Part shown: piece by piece, positions 8,351 through 17,285 of the stretch | Layout: the number at the start of each line of letters is the position of its first letter | How positions within the stretch are numbered: the stretch's first letter is position 1 | IMG/VR virus record: IMGVR_UViG_3300037483_000119 | Coordinates: 1 to 48,176 of that record | Direction: 5' to 3' (one strand) | DNA length: 48,176 nucleotides | Origin: a virus | Taxonomy: Duplodnaviria; Caudoviricetes | Notes under the pieces: model-generated | What the model was told of the DNA's origin: nothing | Databases searched by the model: none | What the model saw: the letters and a program-made list of their open reading frames with translations, nothing else | Translations under genes and position numbers: made by a program

Positions 8351-8772
8351 TTCTCCCTCTCAATGCGCATCTCAGTAGCGCTGTCGCGCTTCATGCGCTG
8401 CTGCTTGGTGTTGTACTTAGATTCCTTGTGGCCGAATAGAAAGTTTGGCTCTTCACCCCCTTTGGGTGCGTGTCCGGGGCAGAAGATGCCCCACTTGCCG
8501 AAGTACCAGCCATGCGCAACAGCCAGCACCTTGCATTCGCCGTCTGTGCGATCCTCCTTGCCTGGCCTTGACAAACGAATGCGTCCGAGCTTACGGCAAT
8601 CATCACCATCGCAGGAGTAGACCATGTGAGTCTTACCCCTGGCTCCGTTCAATGTCTCTTCCTCTCCACTAGTCAATTCCATGAGTGGCTTTGCCCAATC
8701 GGAATGCATGCATTCATTCCTCTCGGGTGCCTTCTCCCTAACGTCCGAATGAACGAACAGAGCAACGCTCAC
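8347..8772 (-). CDS. Zn-binding hypothetical protein (CD..DC...GW...FCPGH)
   Basis: Cys/His motif; operon context. Confidence 0.6.
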   Translation of the reverse strand: MSVALFVHSDVREKAPERNECMHSDWAKPLMELTSGEEETLNGARGKTHMVYSCDGDDCRKLGRIRLSRPGKEDRTDGECKVLAVAHGWYFGKWGIFCPGHAPKGGEEPNFLFGHKESKYNTKQQRMKRDSATEMRIEREK

Positions 8773-8804
8773 CAGTAATGGGTGGTGAGCATCACTCTGT
8801 CAGG

Positions 8805-9059
8805 TCACTCGACAATCGCTTCTTGGATCCTCCCTCCGAGGATCTCGATCGCACCTTCCGGAAGCTCTTCGATGACCTTCCGGAACAGGGTCATCACGTC
8901 CCATGGGTCGGACGGGTCTTCCGTCGCCTCAATGAGGAAAGCCCGGTATTCCTCTCCGGTCTGGAGGGCCTTCTTTCCATCGGTCTGGTAGAAGGTCTCA
9001 CCCTCGTAACCTTCCTCCTTCAGGCTCTCGACCAATGCGTCGATGATCGCGTGGATCAC
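8805..9059 (-). CDS. Acidic hypothetical protein
   Basis: SD gaggag; GTG start. Confidence 0.65.
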   Translation of the reverse strand: MIHAIIDALVESLKEEGYEGETFYQTDGKKALQTGEEYRAFLIEATEDPSDPWDVMTLFRKVIEELPEGAIEILGGRIQEAIVE

Positions 9060-9090
9060 TCGATTGTCTCCTCTCTCTATTCAAATGAAC

Positions 9091-9333
9091 CTAGGCCGCT
9101 GCCGAAATCTTTCCGGTGACATGGTCCATAAGAAGCTCTTGGGCCTTACGGAACGTCCGACATGTGTCGAACTCCCTACCATTGCGAGACAGGCAATAGT
9201 AGGTCGTTTCGTTGGCTTCATTGGTTCCCTTGAGGATAGATCCGTACATGACTCCATCAAGGTATGCCCTCCACACCCTCGGAGTGGCTTCAATCAATTC
9301 GTATCCATTCATCGGATACCTCCTATACCGCAA
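9091..9333 (-). CDS. Hypothetical protein
   Basis: SD aggaggt before internal ATG (MNGYEL). Confidence 0.6.
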   Translation of the reverse strand: MRYRRYPMNGYELIEATPRVWRAYLDGVMYGSILKGTNEANETTYYCLSRNGREFDTCRTFRKAQELLMDHVTGKISAAA

Positions 9334-9359
9334 AAAGCCCCACTCGAATGAGTGAGGCT
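9331..9359 (-). terminator. Intrinsic terminator
   Basis: Minus strand agcctcactc-attc-gagtggggct-tttt. Confidence 0.75.
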
Positions 9360-9388
9360 GATTGCGATGCGGTTGGAGCGTGGGGGAA

Positions 9389-9955
9389 TCAGTCTTCCCA
9401 GGTGGGTCGGGTGGTGTTGCTGAACTGCTCGTACTTCAGCATGGCCTCTTCGGGGAGAGACCCTGCCTTCTTGCAGATGTTGTTAGTGACGCCCCACGTG
9501 CGGCATGCCTGGTTCCATTCCTGGCGCTTCGGCCCTGCCTTTCCCTGTCCGGATCCGTTGCTAGCGGTCCCGGTGGACTTGGACGCCGTGCGCGTGGGGG
9601 CGATGTTGAACGGGCGGCGGCCCTCTCCCCATTCCCCATCCTCGTCCCGTTCGGCCACCGGGATGGTGTTGAGCTTGTCGAGCACGGCCATGTAGGGCTT
9701 GCGGATGACGATGCAGGCTTCCGTCTGGAAGATCTGGAGACGGCTCTTCACGGTCCCATCGTCGTTGGTGTCTTCCACCAGCTCCGTAACGTCCTTGGCA
9801 TCGTCCCCCTCACCAATGGTCTTGGTGACTTCCTTCCAGACGGGAACGTGGGTCACGTACTCGAAGGTTTCCACGGTGTCGGGAGAGCAAGCCTTGTCGC
9901 CCTCCTTGTGACCCTCGCAGGAAACGATGTACTGGATGACCTGCTTACGTGCCAT
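9389..9955 (-). CDS. Lsr2-like protein (C-terminal DNA-binding-like domain, RGR hook altered)
   Basis: MARKQVIQYIV N-terminus, low-complexity linker, NQACRTWG...KAGSLPEEAMLKYEQ C-terminus. Confidence 0.65.
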   Translation of the reverse strand: MARKQVIQYIVSCEGHKEGDKACSPDTVETFEYVTHVPVWKEVTKTIGEGDDAKDVTELVEDTNDDGTVKSRLQIFQTEACIVIRKPYMAVLDKLNTIPVAERDEDGEWGEGRRPFNIAPTRTASKSTGTASNGSGQGKAGPKRQEWNQACRTWGVTNNICKKAGSLPEEAMLKYEQFSNTTRPTWED

Positions 9956-9977
9956 GGTGAATCCTCTCTGAATGGGC

Positions 9978-10268
9978 TTACAGCCCGTGTGCCTTGAACA
10001 CCGCTTCGATGTCCACGGATGAAACCATACCATTGGGGGCATTCTTCGCGAGTGCCCTGACTTGCTTCCCTGCCTCCGTCATCCGCTTGATCCATGGGAT
10101 CTTGGGAGGGAGATCGGGGAAGCCCTTTGTTTCCTGGCATCGCTTGCAACCCTCTGCGATTACTTCATCAGCGTCATCAGTGATGCTTTTGACGAATCGA
10201 CCGCAATGAGCTTTAAACGACGTGCCTCTTTGTATTGCCTCATTGGGCATCGGATGCCAATGAATCAT
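9978..10268 (-). CDS. Hypothetical Zn-binding protein (H...AHCG...CKRC)
   Basis: SD aagggag; Cys/His motif. Confidence 0.6.
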   Translation of the reverse strand: MIHWHPMPNEAIQRGTSFKAHCGRFVKSITDDADEVIAEGCKRCQETKGFPDLPPKIPWIKRMTEAGKQVRALAKNAPNGMVSSVDIEAVFKAHGL

Positions 10269-10344
10269 CGTTACTCCCTTGATAGCGACAAAGAGAGAGA
10301 CCCGCACAATCGCCGCGCGGAGCGGTTATGCGGGCTTACCCCCG

Positions 10345-11064
10345 TTATCCCTGGTTCGAACCCTGTAGCTCTTGCTGGATCTCCCAAGCGGGACACTTGG
10401 TAAGTTTCATGTGACGTCGAATGGGATCCGTACCGTTCGGCAAGAAGCCCATTCCGCAATCACACTTCACCAGCTTGATCGTTGGATCCTCTAGGACCCA
10501 TTCGATATCCCATGGGTCCTTATCGTGAACCTTGTTCGCGTGTGCCTTTCGTCCGTAGAGTGAAGTGTAAGACTTGCACCCTGGAAAGGTACACGCGACT
10601 CTCACGTCTTCAGACGGGTTCCTCGTTCGTGAAGAAGTTTTTTGTACTTCTTCCCGTTGCTTTGGAACGGTTACCGGCCTCGACGCGCTCTGAATGAGCT
10701 TCTCGCCAAGGTCCCTAGGAATGACCGGATTGTGCATCTTTGGGACCGGCGTAGGGTTCACGATCGCTCGGGCCGCTTGCGCGACCGGATGAACCGAGGA
10801 AGGGGATTCGACCAATCGGCCGGTTGTACCAGCGATGCCATTGCCCGGCTTGAACTGGAAGTTCTCCAGCCTTCTGCCGAACGTCCTGGCATACCGGATC
10901 AGCTTCGATTCGTCATTGTGCGTAGAGCACAAATCGATCTCGTAAGCTTGCACGCTCCCCTTGGCGTACATGAGCCAAACGACGTTGATTCCCTCTCGGG
11001 TGACGTCATCGTGCTCTTTGCATACGTCGCAATCAAGATTGACAATGATCGTCTCTCTGCGCAC
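10345..11064 (-). CDS. Protein with Lsr2 dimerisation-like N-terminus and C-terminal zinc finger(s)
   Basis: YEIDLC...RYARTFGRR motif; C-terminal CTFPGC..H...H and CDCG..H...C. Confidence 0.6.
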   Translation of the reverse strand: MRRETIIVNLDCDVCKEHDDVTREGINVVWLMYAKGSVQAYEIDLCSTHNDESKLIRYARTFGRRLENFQFKPGNGIAGTTGRLVESPSSVHPVAQAARAIVNPTPVPKMHNPVIPRDLGEKLIQSASRPVTVPKQREEVQKTSSRTRNPSEDVRVACTFPGCKSYTSLYGRKAHANKVHDKDPWDIEWVLEDPTIKLVKCDCGMGFLPNGTDPIRRHMKLTKCPAWEIQQELQGSNQG

Positions 11065-11128
11065 GACGTGATCCTTTCTCTTGGTATTGAATGGATCGCA
11101 AGCGCACCCATGATGAGTACGCTTAGGT

Positions 11129-11677
11129 TCATTCAAGCCAATCAGGTATCTCTGCCTCAAGGATTGAACGAGTCTCCTTGAGATCGTCAAACTCTTGCAT
11201 GCTTTCGGCAAGATGCTTCTTGATGCGCTCGATCCTGATCTCTCGATCATCGATCAACTCAAGCACCCGCCTATGTGCGGACACCTTACGCCACTCCGGA
11301 GTGCTCTCCTGCCATCGGTTCAATGCGGCCTTAGCGGTCGCCACGATGGACACGAACACTTCATGATCGGATTTGAGTGGCTTACCAGTGTCGGCATTGA
11401 GAACAGCCGACTTAGGCAACACAAGGAACCATTTCCCCCTGTGAATGCCTCTCTCGTATTGGGTGACCGCATCCTTGAATTCAAGGTCAATCAGATACTC
11501 TTTGTCCTTGAACGTGTATACGTCACCGGTTGCATGAATGGCCGAACCACTACGCACGGCAATGGAAGGAACGTAACGATCCCCCATTCCATTGTAAGCA
11601 GCGACTGGTTCGATCACCAGCCATTGGCCATTCTTGAGCTGAATCTTGGACTCATAGAATCCCAGCTTTTCGCCCAT
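11129..11677 (-). CDS. Hypothetical protein with C-terminal coiled coil
   Basis: Conserved RBS motif cagggaaggattca upstream. Confidence 0.7.
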   Translation of the reverse strand: MGEKLGFYESKIQLKNGQWLVIEPVAAYNGMGDRYVPSIAVRSGSAIHATGDVYTFKDKEYLIDLEFKDAVTQYERGIHRGKWFLVLPKSAVLNADTGKPLKSDHEVFVSIVATAKAALNRWQESTPEWRKVSAHRRVLELIDDREIRIERIKKHLAESMQEFDDLKETRSILEAEIPDWLE

Positions 11678-11709
11678 GGTGAATCCTTCCCTGTTAATAG
11701 TCTGCCCGG

Positions 11710-11770
11710 TTGAGCGGCATTGAAAGGCCGTCATCCTTAATGGAGGATGATTGCCTTACGACACTGTCAA
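11710..11770 (-). repeat. Conserved intergenic hairpin element, copy A
   Basis: ttgacagtgtcgtaaggc-aa-tcatcct...aggatga-cg-gcctttcaatgccgctcaa on the minus strand. Confidence 0.85.
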
Positions 11771-12051
11771 CGGTAGTGCTCACGAATGAGCACGTTCTTG
11801 AGCGCGAGACCCATCATCTCAAGTGAGCGGTCTTGCTGCTCAATCAAGAGAGTCAGCTCTTCGACACGCGACTCTTGGATTCCGAACATTGCGGCGATGA
11901 CAGAAGCCATGCCGTCAATGGTCGATTCGAGCATCTCGCTTCTCTTCTCACGATTGAGCGAACGCGAGACGAGATACATCTTCGCAATCTCAGTCGCTCG
12001 TGAGTCGGGAATGGTGAAGTACTGGCCTGGCCTCTTGTTCGGAGTAGTCAC
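11767..12051 (-). CDS. Hypothetical protein
   Basis: GTGA overlap with the upstream gene; stop lies within hairpin copy A. Confidence 0.65.
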   Translation of the reverse strand: MTTPNKRPGQYFTIPDSRATEIAKMYLVSRSLNREKRSEMLESTIDGMASVIAAMFGIQESRVEELTLLIEQQDRSLEMMGLALKNVLIREHYR

Positions 12052-12227
12052 AACACTCTCACCGGTCCAACGAAAGTCCCGTTCACGTGCAAGCAATCCA
12101 CGCAAGTTGCTACGGTCGCATCCGGTTCGGTGATCCCGACGAGATGCGTACAGAGCGTCCGCAGCTCATTTTCTGGATTGATGATGTGGACGAGTCGGGT
12201 TCCGCACTTTGCGCGACAGAACTCCAC
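12048..12227 (-). CDS. 59-aa Cys-rich protein (MEFCRAKCG...TLC...TCVDC)
   Basis: GTG directly after the conserved RBS motif; below the ORF-track cutoff. Confidence 0.6.
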   Translation of the reverse strand: MEFCRAKCGTRLVHIINPENELRTLCTHLVGITEPDATVATCVDCLHVNGTFVGPVRVL

Positions 12228-12257
12228 AATGAATCCCTTCTCTGCGGTTGTCTGCCA

Positions 12258-12319
12258 TTGATAGGCATTAATGAACCGTCATTCGCAATGGGGAATGATT
12301 GTTCAATGATGCTGATCAA
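12258..12319 (-). repeat. Conserved intergenic hairpin element, copy B
   Basis: ttgatcagcatcattgaac-aa-tcattc...gaatga-cg-gttcattaatgcctatcaa. Confidence 0.85.
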
Positions 12320-12627
12320 CGAACCCAAATGGATGCCCAACCCTCTACCGGTCCACGTGCGCCATGGTGCCGCACGTATGCGCGGAGCTCTTCCAATGCG
12401 CGTGAGTCATCCGCGCTTGGTCCTGCCTCCTGCTCTGCATAGATCTCGTCAAAGATCTCTACCGGGTCGTCAATCGCGCCGGTAGATGCGAGCTTCGCGA
12501 AGTGCATCCCCTTGACTCCAGCGGACTGATACCACGATGCAATCGTGCGTGCGCATCCATCACTGATGATTTCAACGCGCTCACGTGCGAAGTCCACTTG
12601 AGCCTTTACGGCCAATGCGTCACTCAT
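12316..12627 (-). CDS. Hypothetical protein (ARTIASWYQS motif)
   Basis: Conserved RBS motif upstream; stop lies within hairpin copy B. Confidence 0.7.
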   Translation of the reverse strand: MSDALAVKAQVDFARERVEIISDGCARTIASWYQSAGVKGMHFAKLASTGAIDDPVEIFDEIYAEQEAGPSADDSRALEELRAYVRHHGARGPVEGWASIWVR

Positions 12628-12829
12628 TGAATCCCTTCCCTGTTGAGGGGTGATAGCGGCACTCCCACCGTTCACCATCAATGCGGCCCGAATTGGTGGC
12701 CACTAGGTTCCCGTAGGGAGTGCCGCAAGCTAACGTCACCCCTGATACCTCCTGTAAGCCCCTCAGATCGATTCTGAGACACTCACACAGCCGTCCCTAT
12801 GGGTTGCATAGGGAGACCATGTCAACGTC

Positions 12830-13051
12830 TCACCGTTGATTTGAGAGATCCCGGTAATCGTGGATCTCTAGGCCGAACTCATCAGCGACGGCCTTGATCG
12901 CTGCGAGATCGAAGGATTCGCCCGTCTTCCAATAGCAATTGGTATCCAGGTTCGCAGCGATGCACGCTACTTCCTGGCCATCGCGTATCGCCTTGTCGGA
13001 GAAGAGATAGATGTCATCTCCTGCTGTGAGTACGAATACATCACCGCTCAT
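12830..13051 (-). CDS. Hypothetical protein
   Basis: Operon context. Confidence 0.6.
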   Translation of the reverse strand: MSGDVFVLTAGDDIYLFSDKAIRDGQEVACIAANLDTNCYWKTGESFDLAAIKAVADEFGLEIHDYRDLSNQR

Positions 13052-13054
13052 TGG

Positions 13055-13363
13055 TCATCCGTTCCAGTAGAGAACTTTGATGTTCAGGCACGCGCCACCA
13101 TCTCCGATCTGACGAGTCAGCTCGAAATCCTTTCGCGCGTTGATCTGGTCTTCAATCCATGCCTTACAGGCAAGGATTGCCCAGTCCTCCATTCCGGAGA
13201 ATCGCCCCAACTCAGCCGCATCCCCCAACGACATCAGGGAAAGCAGGGTAGCGGTTGCCTTAAAGGGAGATGAGAACTCATCCACCGATTCGGCACCGAT
13301 GGCATGAGCCGCATTCCTGGCACCAGGAACGTAGAACTCCGTACGAATGATGATCTCCATCAT
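13055..13363 (-). CDS. Hypothetical protein
   Basis: Conserved RBS motif upstream. Confidence 0.65.
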   Translation of the reverse strand: MMEIIIRTEFYVPGARNAAHAIGAESVDEFSSPFKATATLLSLMSLGDAAELGRFSGMEDWAILACKAWIEDQINARKDFELTRQIGDGGACLNIKVLYWNG

Positions 13364-13397
13364 TCAATCCTTTCTCTGTGGTGTTCACTTCTGCCGA

Positions 13398-13452
13398 GTG
13401 ATCAGCATTAATGAACGTTCATTGCTAGTGAACGCTCAATGATGCGTATCAA
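13398..13452 (-). repeat. Conserved intergenic hairpin element, copy C (short apex)
   Basis: ttgatacgcatcattgagcgttca...tgaacgttcattaatgctgatcac. Confidence 0.8.
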
Positions 13453-13841
13453 CCGATCACGCGAACGTGACTCACGTTCTCAATGATGGGCATCATCGTG
13501 AACCCCTCATAGCGGCTCACGAGACACGGGTGACCGTTCGAAATGTAGATGCCGAACATCGGGAACTTAGAGCATCCCCAACCCTCGTAATCGTCGTACC
13601 GAAAGGAGATCAACCGGTTGACGTAACGCGCGTAGTGCTCAACCGCTCCCAGCATCCAAGCGTCACGCTCATTCCAGGGTTCCGCACCGTGTTGGACGAA
13701 CCATGGTGAACGATCCCAGAACACCGGGCATCCCGTTCCGGGTACGCGCCACGTAGGCGGACGTTCCCGCAACTGATAGTTGAGATAGGAAGGGTTCCGT
13801 TCCTGCCAGTAATCGACAGTGGACCTCTGTCCATCGATCAT
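13449..13841 (-). CDS. Hypothetical Trp-rich protein
   Basis: Conserved RBS motif upstream; stop lies within hairpin copy C. Confidence 0.65.
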   Translation of the reverse strand: MIDGQRSTVDYWQERNPSYLNYQLRERPPTWRVPGTGCPVFWDRSPWFVQHGAEPWNERDAWMLGAVEHYARYVNRLISFRYDDYEGWGCSKFPMFGIYISNGHPCLVSRYEGFTMMPIIENVSHVRVIG

Positions 13842-13924
13842 CTCTTGAATCCTTTCCTGCCCATTCATCGGGCGAATGAGCACAGCCACACACAACAGGA
13901 TGCATTGCGTATGACTGAATCCAT

Positions 13925-14152
13925 TCACACGAACGTGTCTCGGTATTCCTGCCACTGATCGGCGAACCGATCGGCCATCGGATCCGAGTAACCGCGCGCG
14001 TCAATCTCCTCTGCGTACTGGTCACGGTCTCGCCGTTCCAACTGGTCAACCGTGACACCATCCCACTCTGCGAGATGCCAGACACAGAGCAGGTCTGTAT
14101 CGGGACTCTCGTCATTGGGGTTCTTGCACCATGGGCACATCAGCCGTTCCAT
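13925..14152 (-). CDS. Small CxxC...CxxH protein
   Basis: CPWC...LCVWH. Confidence 0.6.
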   Translation of the reverse strand: MERLMCPWCKNPNDESPDTDLLCVWHLAEWDGVTVDQLERRDRDQYAEEIDARGYSDPMADRFADQWQEYRDTFV

Positions 14153-14427
14153 CCTTCGCTCAATGGCCCTAGGGGCATCCCCAGGACCTTACGGGCAGCA
14201 TCGTAAGCAGATGCCGCAATGGTGTTCTCGCCATTTGCGTACGTGACGCACCATGGCGATAGCCAATTGCTCGGATCCGGAACGGCCGAACCAATCGTGC
14301 CCACGAGACGAACGTTGAACCGGTAACCGCCGGTTGCGTCGCACAGACGGTAAGCCTCTGCGAAACGCACGATTCCGGCATGTTCACGGACCATGGCCTC
14401 TGACACGGGGATGTCAGTGACGCTCAT
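14140..14427 (-). CDS. Hypothetical protein
   Basis: ATGA overlap. Confidence 0.6.
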   Translation of the reverse strand: MSVTDIPVSEAMVREHAGIVRFAEAYRLCDATGGYRFNVRLVGTIGSAVPDPSNWLSPWCVTYANGENTIAASAYDAARKVLGMPLGPLSEGWNG

Positions 14428-14630
14428 TCGTCATCACTCCCGTAGTTCATCAGCCACACCATTGGGGGATCCCCATTGATACGGCCGTTGGCATCGATCA
14501 TGTCCCACGTGAATGGGATGCCCTTACGCTTGGCAATGCGAGCGACAGTGATCATCTCGCCGGTTGGATTGAATCCATCCGGAATGTTGAGGTCACTGCG
14601 CAGCTTGATAGCCAACTCAGTGGGAGTCAT
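14424..14630 (-). CDS. Hypothetical protein
   Basis: ATGA overlap. Confidence 0.6.
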   Translation of the reverse strand: MTPTELAIKLRSDLNIPDGFNPTGEMITVARIAKRKGIPFTWDMIDANGRINGDPPMVWLMNYGSDDE

Positions 14631-14944
14631 GCGGCACGCTCCAATGAGAAGGCCGGACGTTCGGTGTAAGGGTCACCCGTTACCGGATCCCACTCCGCAC
14701 GTTCACGCCATGCCACGCACGCCTTGTGATGCGCAATGAGCGCGTCACGGACGTCTTCACACGTGGCGAACGGGCCAACCCATGGGGCGTACAGATCCGT
14801 TCTGGCGAACCATCCGAGAGTGTCTTTGTCCTCACGAATGGTCGCCAGGAAACCCACTTCAATGGGTGTCTCTGACGTCATGACCATCTGCCTATGACCA
14901 TCCTCCCGATATTCCGGGTAGACGTCATACTTGGTCGGTGCCAT
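14627..14944 (-). CDS. Hypothetical protein
   Basis: Conserved RBS motif upstream. Confidence 0.7.
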   Translation of the reverse strand: MAPTKYDVYPEYREDGHRQMVMTSETPIEVGFLATIREDKDTLGWFARTDLYAPWVGPFATCEDVRDALIAHHKACVAWRERAEWDPVTGDPYTERPAFSLERAA

Positions 14945-14977
14945 CTTGAATCCCTTCTCTGTGATGTTCTGCCCTGA

Positions 14978-15038
14978 TTGAGCGGCATTAATGAGCCGTC
15001 ACCCGTCATGAGGGGTGATTGCCCAATGACACTGTCAA
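14978..15038 (-). repeat. Conserved intergenic hairpin element, copy D
   Basis: ttgacagtgtcattgggc-aa-tcaccc...gggtga-cg-gctcattaatgccgctcaa. Confidence 0.85.
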
Positions 15039-15455
15039 TCATCGTGCGTTGCGGCATGAGCCGCATTCGATCTGCCCCTTAGGCATCATTGAGTCCTTAC
15101 GGCACACGGTGCATGTCCGGTTGGCGATGCGGTAATCAAAGAGCGGCTCTTTGGGGATAGGCACGTATTCGGGTGAGTTGAGCCATGCAATGTGAGCATC
15201 GATCTTCGCTTGATACTCAGCAACGATGTCAACCTTGACCGGCTTACGCACAGTGCGCTTGCGAGGCTCTGAGTTGGTCGCTACGGGCTTGACGGGCTTG
15301 TCCTTAGCCAGAGTGCCAGCCTGCCTCTGTGCGGCCTTGAAAGCCGCAATGCGGGCTTCTCTGTGGTTGAGCGCGGGCTTAGGAGCGGCCTTGACCCTGG
15401 TCTTGGGACCAAGGATGACGTCCCGACCACGACCGGTCTTGCACTTGGAACACAT
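15039..15455 (-). CDS. Basic protein with N- and C-terminal CxxC motifs; first gene of the leftward array
   Basis: SD gagggag; CSKC...CTVC...CGSC. Confidence 0.65.
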   Translation of the reverse strand: MCSKCKTGRGRDVILGPKTRVKAAPKPALNHREARIAAFKAAQRQAGTLAKDKPVKPVATNSEPRKRTVRKPVKVDIVAEYQAKIDAHIAWLNSPEYVPIPKEPLFDYRIANRTCTVCRKDSMMPKGQIECGSCRNAR

Positions 15456-17248
15456 GTCAATCTCCCTCTGTTAGGTCATGCCAATCAGCATCACTGTCAT
15501 TGAGACAGGAACACTGAAAGGCAGGGGATCGTAAGTGACTCATGCACGCAGTGTCCTACTCGATACACATGAGCAGAACGCGCGACTCATTGAGTCGTGG
15601 TAATCCCCTGCCTCAACAGAGAAAGAAAGGATTCAGATCAATGCATGTCATCAGGTCATCTCTAAGGCATTGGCCCTCATGGCCTTTCGGCCTAGCCATG
15701 CGGTCAAGATGTCGCCGGTTGCGAGGTACAGAAGCAACGTCGCGCTCGCTCGCTTTGATCCGGTTCAGCAATGGATGATCCATGCACTTGATCTATTCCC
15801 ACACTCCATTGGTCACCTAATGGCGATCAAGTCGCTAGGTGTTGGCTACCTCGGTTGGTAGAGGGACGCTGTCATGCGTGTGTGAAGTGGTCGCACTGTG
15901 ATTCCCCCATCTAGGGGGACAGAGGGGTTTTCAGCCTGACTCAACCGTCTTGACGAATCGAATCGGCACTACCCCGTTTCCCTTCACATTGACGCAATCG
16001 CTATGCGTCCATTCCCGACCTACAGGTAATGGTCGGAGTGTGGGTCATGCTCGGCGCGGTGCCCGAATGAATCCGGGGCCGTAACCAAGCGCGCTGTTGA
16101 GTTCTCAAGAAACGAATCGGTTCATCGGATGTAGTCAACGCAATCCCCGAATGACTAGAGGGAGATGCTTTGCGTGACTCTCGCGAACCGAGCCATTCAG
16201 TTAGCGGCCGGTGAAGCTAGCCGGTGTTGCTGTCGAACTGGTGGAACGATGCCGACATTGCTCGATAGGCTCGCAACCTGTCAATAGATTCGAGAGTGTG
16301 AGCTGCATCACACTCAATCGATCATGGCCTGACCTGCGAGGATGCATTGACCCATAACAAGATTGGTCTAGATCATCACTCGAACAGTCGTTCGAAAAAG
16401 CCCCCTCCAGGGGCTCAATGGGCGAATGAGAGGGGATGTAGATCAAGGCCCTGACCAGCAATGATCTCAAGCCGTCCCAATGCAATGCACTCACAGTGAT
16501 AATGCCTGGTCAGAGGCATGCCATGGGGAGCTGAGAGCAGGACTCTCACAGACTGTGATGGGCTAGTCACTGTAAGTGAGAAATTCGCCGGCCTTTGGCG
16601 TAATCGATCTTGGACAGAGAGTGATAATCCCAGGTCAACACCATGATCAAATCAATCCGGTATGACCTACCAGAAAGGTAGGAAAGAGCAAGATCAATGA
16701 TCTTGTGTAGGGTGCATATGCATGATGCACACTGATCATGTGTAGAGTACATACTGTCTGCGATACGCAGACGTAGCGAATCTATGTGATCTTGGCCCAA
16801 CAAGATCACGATCAAGATCAAATGACCAAGATCACTGGGCACCTGGTCGCCCTGCCTCACGTGCGTGAGGGCAGGCCAGGCACCATGATCACTTTCGTGT
16901 TCTGGTGGGGACACGCAGAGCCCGAGCAGGAGAGCAGGAACGGAACGATCTGTTCCGATGCACTCGGAACGGAATACTCTGTTCCAATGGGTCATCGAAC
17001 GCACGTTCGACCGGGGGCTTTTAAGCTGGGAGGCAGTAGTTCAATCCTATCCACTCAAGAATATTTCCTAATTCCCTTTACCTGTTCGCGCGTGTCATTG
17101 ACTCTCTACTTACTATTTTTCTCGATGATTGAATGCAAAGCTTTCATATAGAACCCCAGGTCATTGATGCCATCAAAAACTTTACTGATTGGACGTCACG
17201 GTTTCGGCGTGTCGTAGGGGGTTATATAGAGAGAGCTTCTTTTAAAAG

Positions 17249-17285
17249 CACTCAATCACTACAATCAAAACCACTCAATCACTAC
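17249..17285. repeat. 14-bp direct repeat cactcaatcactac x2
   Basis: Copies at about 17249-17262 and 17272-17285, upstream of terminase. Confidence 0.7.

Noticed and set aside
10325-10380. ggttcgaacc as a tRNA T-loop
   Set aside because: No complementary T-stem or acceptor stem on either strand; overlaps the end of a coding region.
11710-15038. Hairpin repeats as a CRISPR array or canonical integron attC sites
   Set aside because: Spacing is gene-sized and irregular, there is no cas operon, and the RYYYAAC/GTTRRRY cores are not consistently present. Kept only as an unclassified structured repeat.
15033-15038. TTGACA at the start of hairpin copies A and D as a -35 box
   Set aside because: No convincing -10 at 16-18 nt; copies B and C read TTGATC/TTGATA, and the conservation follows base pairing.
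16201-17151. ORFs of 97-145 aa in the large intergenic gap
   Set aside because: No SD, overlapping on opposite strands, atypical composition and repeat-derived sequence.
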